64,000 nucleotides of DNA, from contig JANQEA010000035.1 in assembly GCA_028278555.1 (NCBI GenBank), forward strand, positions 152,089 through 216,088. The letters run 5' to 3'. Shown here piece by piece: positions 55,990 through 64,000 of this stretch. How positions within the stretch are numbered: the stretch's first letter is position 1; each line of letters opens with the position of its first letter. Both the position numbers and the translations under genes were made by a program. The stretch is from Candidatus Bipolaricaulota bacterium. GTDB taxonomy: Bacteria; Bipolaricaulota; Bipolaricaulia; UBA7950; UBA9294. Under the pieces are notes generated by a model. The model was not told the origin of the DNA, did no database searches, and was given only the letters and a program-made list of their open reading frames with translations.

Positions 55990-56796
55990 CTATCCGGCCG
56001 ATCGCTCGAGATGCTCCAGTCCTGCCCAAATCCCTTCGGGAATGGAGATCCCGTCCGGCGGGTGGACTTCGAGAACCCCCGTCCCGGCGAACCCGATCCG
56101 GTCGAGCGCGTCGAGGGTGCGCTGCCAATCGATCGTCCCTCCGCCGGGGACGAGATGTTCGTCCTCTTCGCCATGCCCGTCGTGGAGATGGAGATGGACG
56201 AGCTGTCCGGCGTAGCGCTCGATGTAATCGACGATCGGCTCCCGCCCGGCGTCTCGAGAGAGATGCGCATGCCCGACATCGATACAGATCCCGACGTTTG
56301 ACGTCTCGGGGTCGTCGCCGACTTCCTCGAGAACCCGATCGAGTGTCGAGATCGAGTGTCGGACGTTCTCCACCGCCAATCGGACGCCCCGTTCCGCGGC
56401 GTAGCCGGCGATCCGTCGAATCTCAGGTGTATCGATCCGATCGTCCGGATCTTTCAGTCCGAGGCATACGGGATGGAGGACGAGCATCTCTCCGCCGACG
56501 CATGCGGCAAAATCGATCTCTCGCCGAAGGCTGGCCGGATCCCATCTCCAGTAGATTCCCCGAGTATGAACCGTGACGAACGCCGCCGCCCGGCAGGCCT
56601 CCGCAAGCTCGGTGATCTCCGCTTCGTCCGTCTCCGGAGCGTCGAGCGCCTTCGAACCCCAAACCTCGACACCAAGCGCCGGATCGATCGCCAAGATCGC
56701 TCGGACGGCTTCCGAGAGTGACGGCCACTCCCCGGGAGGGCGACGCCCGTAGAATCCCCAGATACTCGCTCCGAGCCGGAACCCGACGTCGGTCAT
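55990..56796 (-). CDS. Sugar-phosphate isomerase/epimerase (xylose-isomerase-like TIM barrel)
   Basis: Start moved to the ATG at 56796 (MTDVGFRLGASIWGF…) to remove a 56-nt overlap with the upstream gene. Metal-binding motifs …VENVRH… and …GICIDVGHAHL… are present. Confidence 0.75.
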   Translation of the reverse strand: MTDVGFRLGASIWGFYGRRPPGEWPSLSEAVRAILAIDPALGVEVWGSKALDAPETDEAEITELAEACRAAAFVTVHTRGIYWRWDPASLRREIDFAACVGGEMLVLHPVCLGLKDPDDRIDTPEIRRIAGYAAERGVRLAVENVRHSISTLDRVLEEVGDDPETSNVGICIDVGHAHLSRDAGREPIVDYIERYAGQLVHLHLHDGHGEEDEHLVPGGGTIDWQRTLDALDRIGFAGTGVLEVHPPDGISIPEGIWAGLEHLERSAG

Positions 56797-56812
56797 CGAG
56801 GGGCCTCCTTGG

Positions 56813-58132
56813 CTAGACAGTCTCGATCGTCTCGCGGAACGAGACCCCGAGTTCGGCCAACTCGGCAAGGACCGGCCCGTAGATCTCCGGGATCACCGGG
56901 GTGTGGACCCCCGTCAGCGCGATCTCGCCCTGGAGGATCCTTCGCGCCGCGATCGCGGCCGGCAGCCCGACGAGCCTCGACATCGACGAATCGCCGTTCG
57001 GAATCCCATAGTCGATCATCGTCGAGGTTACCTTTTCCGTCCGGTCCGAATACTCGGCAACGAACTCATGCTGCATAACGAGCATGTCTCGTTCCCCGGA
57101 CGTGTACTCCATCTTCGAGAGCATCCGCGAGGCGACGACGTCGAGGTAGGTCGTGTCCCTTGCCGGGATCGGATCGCTTCCGAGAAGGCCGAGCCATTCG
57201 AAGTCGGTGATGGGTTTGGCGTCGACGGCGATCCCGAGACGGTTCGCCAGATCCGCCTTCAGATCTGTTCCGTCGGAGCCGATCAGGCGCGCGAGCAGCT
57301 CGCCGAACGTCAGCCCGGCGAGATCGTCTCGCTCCGTCTCGTCCAAGAGGCCGAGATCGACGACCGCCTTCAGCGTATCGCACCATTCCGGGTAGCGGAG
57401 CGTCCCTCGGAACATGCTCCGGACCGTCGGGATGTCATAGGTCTCGATGTAGGGGATCGAGTCGCGATTCGGATAGACCTCGAGGTGTCCGAATCCGACG
57501 ATCGGGCAGACCCAGTGGTGAGCGAACAGCTCCGGGCCGGGGACGTCGACAACCTCGCCGTCCTTCAAGAATCGCGCCGGATTCTTCCCCGCGAGGATCA
57601 CCCCGCGTGGCGCCCACGAGAATTTGTAGCCGAACGGGTTGTCGTTCGCGTCGGGCGCGGGGAGCCCTCCGGTGTTCGAGGTGAACGACACGAGCGTTCC
57701 GCCGGACTCCCGAATCCGATCGATGACCTGCATCGCCGACATGTGATCGATTCCCGGATCGACGCCGATCTCGTTCAACAGAAGGACGCCGGCCCCACGC
57801 GCCGCGCTGTCCAAGGCTCGCATCTCGTCTTTCACGTAGGAGGTCGTCACCATCTGCTTCCGGTGCTCGACGCAGAATCGCGCGACGAGTGGGTGGTAGA
57901 CATACGGGAGAAGGCTGATCGATAGATCGTGCTCGGCGATCAGGCGTTCCAGCTCTGTTTCTTCCGTGACGTCGAGCGCCAGCGCCGTGCCGTTCGATGC
58001 GCCGCCGATCAGCCGCTTCGCCTTCTCCACCGTCCGGCTGGCGATGGTGACATGAAACCCTTCCACATCGAGCAGGTAGCGAACGAGCGGACCGGCAACG
58101 AGGCCGGCCCCGAGGACGAGTACGCGCTTCAT
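56813..58132 (-). CDS. Saccharopine dehydrogenase (NADP-dependent, Sacchrp_dh family)
   Basis: Start at the ATG at 58132 (MKRVLVLGAGLVAG…), which has AAAGGAG upstream. The track 'M' at 58189 is a GTG in an Arg-rich leader. Confidence 0.85.
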   Translation of the reverse strand: MKRVLVLGAGLVAGPLVRYLLDVEGFHVTIASRTVEKAKRLIGGASNGTALALDVTEETELERLIAEHDLSISLLPYVYHPLVARFCVEHRKQMVTTSYVKDEMRALDSAARGAGVLLLNEIGVDPGIDHMSAMQVIDRIRESGGTLVSFTSNTGGLPAPDANDNPFGYKFSWAPRGVILAGKNPARFLKDGEVVDVPGPELFAHHWVCPIVGFGHLEVYPNRDSIPYIETYDIPTVRSMFRGTLRYPEWCDTLKAVVDLGLLDETERDDLAGLTFGELLARLIGSDGTDLKADLANRLGIAVDAKPITDFEWLGLLGSDPIPARDTTYLDVVASRMLSKMEYTSGERDMLVMQHEFVAEYSDRTEKVTSTMIDYGIPNGDSSMSRLVGLPAAIAARRILQGEIALTGVHTPVIPEIYGPVLAELAELGVSFRETIETV

Positions 58133-58136
58133 CGAT

Positions 58137-59474
58137 TCACTCCTTTGGCGCGGCCGTGCCGGCCGCTTCGAGGTGTTTGCCAATGCCACGATATTCGGGG
58201 GCCAGGTCGCCGCGATGACAGATAACGGCCCGTTTCAGTTCCGGGGGAAGGTCAAGCCCGTCGAACGGCTCGCGATAGTCGGCCGCGGCGATCGCGGGGA
58301 CGAACCCCTTCAGAATCGCGCTGAAGTAGGTCGATGCCTCACGCGGAAGCTCGGTCGGAAGGATCTCGACCGCCATCATCACCGGCCCGGTCCCCTCGAT
58401 TCCCGGACGGATCGATCCGTTCGTTGGATCGTAGACGTAGACAGGATTGTCCGGTTCGGTCCCCTTGACAGTGATCTGGATCGATCCCTCGACGTCGCAA
58501 GAGATGTCGCCGATAACGCGGAGGGTCGGCTGGCCTGCCGCGTAGAGATCTCGGATCGACTCCACCGTCACCAGGCGGGGGTACTTCGGCTCCCAGTAGA
58601 TGCAGTTGACGAGCGCGTGGAGCTTCGACAGATACCGATCGAACGCGCCGCGGTAGCGCTCCGGATGGGCGTAGTACTCCTCCAGATCGAACGGTTTTCC
58701 GTCGACCAGCGGAAGGACCGTATCCTCCTCGCGGAAGACTGTCACGACGACCGGCCGGTTCGGATCAGCCGTCGGACCTTCTGGGGCGAGGAGATCACTC
58801 GGAGGGACGACCGTCGTCGGGAGAAGGTTGAGGATCTCTTGCGCCCCTTTCGAGACGTTCCCGTACCCGGCGACCCCGATCATCAACGGGTCAATCGCCT
58901 CCGGCAGACCTTCCGATGCGATCCGCTCGCCGACGGCGCGGATCGCGCGTTTCGCCTCGTCGAGGTCCGCATACGCCGATGCCTGCCGGATCTCTTCGAG
59001 CGGCGTCGAAATCCCCTCCCAGGCGAGCCGTCGCCCGAGCGTCCAAAGCGTGTCGATCGCTCCGGCCAGGCCGGCGTAGTTGCCGAAGAAGATAAGTCGT
59101 CGCCCGGCTTCGTCGACGATCCTTTCGTAGTCGATGATCGTGCAGCGAAGGTCGAGACACCGCTGGAGCATCGGCATGTTCGCCGGCTGCGCCTTGATCG
59201 TGTGGGAGAAGAAAACGTAGACCGTCTCCGCCTCGAAAGCATCGACGGGGATCTCCTTCAGGCCGATGACGATCGGACACCCTGAGAGTCGATCGACGAC
59301 CTCCAGACCCGCATCGCGGTACTCGGCGTCGCTGAAGGCTCTCTTGGCCGATGACTCAACCGAAAACGCAAGGCCCGTCTCTTCAGTCAGCGCGTGAAGG
59401 TGTTCTGGGGTCAGGGGAACGCGCCGCTCCCACTCGTACATATCCTCGTGTCGAATCCCGATCCGATCGCCCAT
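58137..59474 (-). CDS. Lysine-ketoglutarate reductase-like protein (alanine dehydrogenase/PNT N- and C-domains)
   Basis: The ATG at 59474 (MGDRIGIRHEDMYEWERRVPLTPEH…) follows GAAGGG. The product ends 4 nt before the saccharopine dehydrogenase gene starts. Confidence 0.8.
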   Translation of the reverse strand: MGDRIGIRHEDMYEWERRVPLTPEHLHALTEETGLAFSVESSAKRAFSDAEYRDAGLEVVDRLSGCPIVIGLKEIPVDAFEAETVYVFFSHTIKAQPANMPMLQRCLDLRCTIIDYERIVDEAGRRLIFFGNYAGLAGAIDTLWTLGRRLAWEGISTPLEEIRQASAYADLDEAKRAIRAVGERIASEGLPEAIDPLMIGVAGYGNVSKGAQEILNLLPTTVVPPSDLLAPEGPTADPNRPVVVTVFREEDTVLPLVDGKPFDLEEYYAHPERYRGAFDRYLSKLHALVNCIYWEPKYPRLVTVESIRDLYAAGQPTLRVIGDISCDVEGSIQITVKGTEPDNPVYVYDPTNGSIRPGIEGTGPVMMAVEILPTELPREASTYFSAILKGFVPAIAAADYREPFDGLDLPPELKRAVICHRGDLAPEYRGIGKHLEAAGTAAPKE

Positions 59475-59594
59475 CCGCACCGCCCTTCAAACGTGCTTGC
59501 CTGCTCAGGCGCGAAGTATACCGAACCGCCTGAAGAGGGACAAAAGCCCGTCCCTGACAGTGATACCGCCCGTGCGCCGACGACGATGGCTGAC

Positions 59595-60389
59595 CTAGCG
59601 GAGACCCCACCGCTCGAAGGCCCGTTTGCCTTCCCGGGAGAAGAAGAGCCAGCGTTGGATCCCCTCCATGTCGTGGTGGAACGTCTCGCCAGATTCGTCG
59701 AGGAACGCCCGGACCGCCTCGACGAGTTCTCTCGTCTGCTCGGATTCCGGAACCCCTTGCAGACAAACGGCACGAGAGAGGAGATCGTCTGGAACGCCCA
59801 GAAGTCGCAGTTCCTCCTCGCTCCAGTGCTTCGTCGCCGCCCACGAGCCCTTCACGAGGAAGAGGAGCTTGACGAGTGCGTTGAGTGCATCGCCGTAGAG
59901 AAGGCGAAGGTCGAGTGTCGGAGCGGTCTCGACTCGATTCGACGTCTTTCGCGCTCGGCCGAGCCGGTAGAGGAACTCGAGGAAGTGGATTGTCATCCGT
60001 TCCTGCCGAACGTCCTCGGGGAGTTCCGCGAGACGCTCGATGACCGGTCCGATCCGCCCCTCCGGATCGTGAAGGACCACCGCGTGCTGATACGGCTGAT
60101 GGAAGAGGTCGAGCGTCGAGTCGGTCAGCCCGACGAAGTCGGACCAGGGGATCAGATAGAACTCGTAGTCGACGATCGGCCGTTCGCCTTCCGGCGTTCC
60201 CTCCTTGTAGACGAAGACCTGCCGCTCCTCGTCGGGAGTCCGCTCGTAGACGGCGTTCTCGACGATCACCTCGATGTCGTAGTCGGACAGTCCATCCCGA
60301 TACGGGCGTGTCATCGACCCAAGAAGGTAGATCCCAACCACGCCCTCTCTCCCGACGTACGGCTCGATCAGTTCACGCGCTCGCTCCAT
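59595..60389 (-). CDS. Nucleotidyltransferase-domain protein (KNTase/ANT-like minimal NTase fold)
   Basis: Start at the ATG at 60389 (MERARELIEPYVGREGVVGIYLLGSMTR…DYDIEV…), which has GGGAGG 6 nt upstream. The N-terminal part of the track ORF reaching 60485 runs through tRNA-Val and is an artefact. Confidence 0.75.
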   Translation of the reverse strand: MERARELIEPYVGREGVVGIYLLGSMTRPYRDGLSDYDIEVIVENAVYERTPDEERQVFVYKEGTPEGERPIVDYEFYLIPWSDFVGLTDSTLDLFHQPYQHAVVLHDPEGRIGPVIERLAELPEDVRQERMTIHFLEFLYRLGRARKTSNRVETAPTLDLRLLYGDALNALVKLLFLVKGSWAATKHWSEEELRLLGVPDDLLSRAVCLQGVPESEQTRELVEAVRAFLDESGETFHHDMEGIQRWLFFSREGKRAFERWGLR

Positions 60390-60416
60390 CGGCAACCTCC
60401 CGATCCCACAAAGATG

Positions 60417-60440
60417 AAGCCCGCGAGTGGCCTCGCGGGC
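60417..60440 (-). terminator. Stem-loop downstream of tRNA-Val
   Basis: A 9-bp GC stem (GCCCGCGAG / CTCGCGGGC) is followed on the minus-strand RNA by UUCAUCUUUG. Confidence 0.35.
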
Positions 60441-60516
60441 TGGTGGGTGGTACAGGGCTCGAACCTGTGACCTCATGCACGTCAAGCATGCGCTCTCCCA
60501 GCTGAGCTAACCACCC
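60441..60516 (-). tRNA. tRNA-Val (anticodon GAC)
   Basis: Cloverleaf folded by hand: 7-bp acceptor stem GGGTGGT/ACCACCC, D-arm GCTCAGCTGGGAGAGC, anticodon stem CATGC/GCATG with loop TTGACGT, T-arm GGTTCGAGCCC, and an encoded CCA. Confidence 0.9.
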
Positions 60517-60527
60517 ATCTCGTGCTC

Positions 60528-60602
60528 TGGAGGCGGCGACCGGATTCGAACCGGTGAATCAGGGATTTGCAGTCCCTTGCCTTACCGCTTGGCTACGCCG
60601 CC
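60528..60602 (-). tRNA. tRNA-Cys (anticodon GCA)
   Basis: Acceptor stem GGCGGCG/CGCCGCC, anticodon stem AGGGA/TCCCT with loop CTGCAAA, T-arm ACCGGTTCGAATCCGGT, discriminator U, and an encoded CCA. Confidence 0.9.
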
Positions 60603-60664
60603 GACAGGCCCTCGATTATACGAGACCCGGAAACCCGGATCAATTCACGCTTCCGCTCGGCCGA

Positions 60665-62110
<1,446 letters not shown>

Positions 62111-62122
62111 CTATCCCACGGA

Positions 62123-62974
62123 TCAGGTCGTTCGAAGCGCCTCCGCTCCCCCAATGATGTCAGCGATCTCTCGCGTGATCGCCTGCTGTCTCGCCTTGTT
62201 GTACGCGCGGGTCAACCCCTTCAGCAGATCCTCGGCATTGTCGGTCGCGTTCTTCATCGCTTGGCGGCGGATCGCGTCCTCGCTCGTCTTCGTCTCGAGG
62301 AGCGCCGCGTAGAGCCTCCCCTGCAGGCTCAGCCGAAGCGACACGTCGAGCATCTCGATCACGCTCGGCTCGACGAGCACGTCGTTCAGCACCGACTCTG
62401 TCGTAACCGGCAGGAAGTCCTCCACAACAAGCGTCTGCTTCAGATCGGAGACGAACCGCATGTAGACCAGCACGATCCTCCCGACGCGCCCTCCGAGGTA
62501 GAGATCGATCAGATCCCCGGCCATCCGCCGCGCCGTCTCGGCGGACGGCGGATCGTAGGTGTGCGAGTAGCTGAGGAGCGGCTCGACGCCGCGCCGGGAG
62601 AAGTAGGAGCGCGCCTTCTCGCCGCCGGCAAGCAGCTCCGCTTCCGTGCCCTCCTGGAGCAATTCCTCGCCTTTCCGGTTGATGTCCCCCTTGTAGCGGC
62701 CGCAGAGTCCCCGATCGGAGTTGAGGACCATGACGCCGAGTGCCTCGGATCCGTTCGGCGCCATCAGCGGATGCGGTTCGACGTCCGGGGGAATCCGACC
62801 GATCAGCTGCGCAATGTAGCCATCGAGCTCCTCGAGGTACGGGCGAACCTCGGCGAGGCGTCGCTTCATCCGCGTCACCTTCGTCATCGCGATCGCGTTC
62901 ATCGCACGGGTAATCTGCGCGATGTTCTCGATGTTCCCGATGCGCCCTTTAATCGCCCTGACGTGTTGTGCCAC
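62123..62974 (-). CDS. atpG: F1 ATP synthase gamma subunit
   Basis: 283 aa with typical gamma N- and C-terminal helices (…ITKAMNAIAMTKV… and …ITREIADIIGGAEAL). Confidence 0.9.
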   Translation of the reverse strand: MAQHVRAIKGRIGNIENIAQITRAMNAIAMTKVTRMKRRLAEVRPYLEELDGYIAQLIGRIPPDVEPHPLMAPNGSEALGVMVLNSDRGLCGRYKGDINRKGEELLQEGTEAELLAGGEKARSYFSRRGVEPLLSYSHTYDPPSAETARRMAGDLIDLYLGGRVGRIVLVYMRFVSDLKQTLVVEDFLPVTTESVLNDVLVEPSVIEMLDVSLRLSLQGRLYAALLETKTSEDAIRRQAMKNATDNAEDLLKGLTRAYNKARQQAITREIADIIGGAEALRTT

Positions 62975-62999
62975 ATCTTCTCCTCTGCTTCATCGACCA

Positions 63000-63026
63000 G
63001 GAGAACGGCGCTCGTCGCCGTTCTCC
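63000..63026 (-). promoter_or_regulatory. Intercistronic stem-loop between atpA and atpG
   Basis: Perfect 11-bp stem GGAGAACGGCG-ctcgt-CGCCGTTCTCC. A second imperfect hairpin lies at about 63031-63060. Confidence 0.4.
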
Positions 63027-63057
63027 ACCGTGATCGGCGGTCGGCTTCGACCGTCGA

Positions 63058-64000
63058 TCACGCAAACGTCTTCTTGAACTCGCCGATCGCCTCTTCCAGC
63101 TGCGAGCGGATCTCGTCGGTCATCCGCCGTTCCTCGCGGATCATCGTGAGGATCTCGCCCCGCTCCTCACGGATGAACTTCAGCCACTCCCGTTCGAACC
63201 GACGGACATCAGCGACCTCCACATCGACGACGTGGTTCTCGACCCCGACATAGATCGCGACAATCTGCTCCTCGACAGGCATCGGCTGGTACTGCTCCTG
63301 CTTGAGGATCTCCATCAGACGATCGCCCCGCGCCAGCTGCGCCTTCGACTCGTCGTCGAGGTCGGCCGAGAACTCGGCGAACGCCTCCAGTTCGCGGTAC
63401 TGAGATAGCTCGAGCCGGAGCGGACCGGCGATCTGAGACATCGCCTTGATCTGCGCCTCGCCGCCGACGCGCGACACCGAGAACCCGACATTGATCGCCG
63501 GACGGAATCCCTGGTTGAACAGATCGGTCTCGAGATAGATCTGACCGTCTGTGATGCTGATTACATTCGTCGGGATGTAGGCGGTGATGTCTCCGGCCTT
63601 TGTCTCGATGATCGGGAAGGCTGTCAGCGAGCCTCCGCCCTGCTCGTCGGCGAGGCGGACCGCCCGCTCGAGGAGCCGCGAGTGGGTGTAGAAGATGTCG
63701 CCAGGATAGGCCTCGCGCCCCGGCGGTCGCCGGAGGAGGAGGGAGAGCTCGCGATAAGCAACGGCGTGCTTCGACAAATCGTCGTAGACGATGAACGCAT
63801 CCCGTCCCTGGTAGGTGAAGTACTCGGCCATCGCGCATCCGGCGTAGGGGGCGAGGTACTGCATCGGTGTCGGCGAGTTCGCGTCGGCGACGACGACGAT
63901 CGTGTAGTCCATCGCATCGTACTTGGTCAGGGTGTCGACGATCCGCGCGACCGTCGACGCCTTTTGCCCGATCGCAACGTACACGCAGACAACGTCCTCT
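63058..64000 (-). CDS. atpA: F1 ATP synthase alpha subunit (3' part; the 5' end lies beyond the window)
   Basis: The C-terminal two-thirds of the alpha subunit run to the window edge. Confidence 0.9.
   Translation of the reverse strand, partial: EDVVCVYVAIGQKASTVARIVDTLTKYDAMDYTIVVVADANSPTPMQYLAPYAGCAMAEYFTYQGRDAFIVYDDLSKHAVAYRELSLLLRRPPGREAYPGDIFYTHSRLLERAVRLADEQGGGSLTAFPIIETKAGDITAYIPTNVISITDGQIYLETDLFNQGFRPAINVGFSVSRVGGEAQIKAMSQIAGPLRLELSQYRELEAFAEFSADLDDESKAQLARGDRLMEILKQEQYQPMPVEEQIVAIYVGVENHVVDVEVADVRRFEREWLKFIREERGEILTMIREERRMTDEIRSQLEEAIGEFKKTFA

Noticed and set aside
60390-60485. N-terminal 32 codons of track ORF 59595..60485
   Set aside because: They run through tRNA-Val (the track 'M' is a TTG inside the anticodon arm). 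The real start is the ATG at 60389, with a GGGAGG SD.

Overview
This is high-G+C bacterial chromosomal DNA, with GGAGG-type Shine-Dalgarno sites and many 4-nt ATGA/GTGA overlaps between adjacent genes. It was probably cloned from EcoRI-cut DNA, since positions 2-7 are an EcoRI site. Alternating-hydrophobic C-terminal beta-strand domains ending in Phe and a LolA-like gene suggest a diderm organism. The window is mostly housekeeping and accessory metabolism. The gene pattern includes an F1 ATP synthase alpha-gamma-beta block at the 3' end, with tRNA-Cys and tRNA-Val where atpC would normally lie. It also includes two ABC uptake systems, one with a 996-aa permease+ATPase+ATPase fusion. A split saccharopine pathway (LKR + SDH) is present, as are pyruvate kinase, DinB, a PmbA-TldD pair co-operonic with a SagB-type dehydrogenase, and an OmpR/histidine-kinase pair next to an LTXXQ periplasmic protein. 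Other genes include a metal ABC importer with a truncated binding protein, a TlpA-CcdA thiol-disulfide module, and a MarR(GbsR)-secreted protein-MMPL-LolA-like operon. GNAT, methyltransferase, APH-like and nucleotidyltransferase genes are scattered through the window. Three things stand out. (i) Positions ~2100-4790 form a clearly AT-richer island carrying a 442-aa Fic protein (HPFLDGNGR) fused to a C-terminal DNPH1/nucleoside-2-deoxyribosyltransferase-like domain. A small membrane protein and a frameshifted VOC gene sit next to it. (ii) Positions 21620-23400 hold a tight operon of two paralogous polytopic membrane proteins, a winged-helix regulator and a 27-aa TM peptide, driven by a near-consensus promoter overlapping a perfect 10-3-10 palindrome. 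(iii) Positions 23790-25790 encode a low-G+C-flanked, 665-aa glycine-rich GGxGGxGG-repeat protein (PGRS-like) with a signal peptide and a C-terminal beta-barrel-like domain ending in Phe. A consensus sigma70 promoter followed by a hairpin and U-tract (candidate sRNA or attenuator) lies in the 750-nt intergenic region at ~37057-37163. I found no CRISPR array, integrase, transposase or rRNA.
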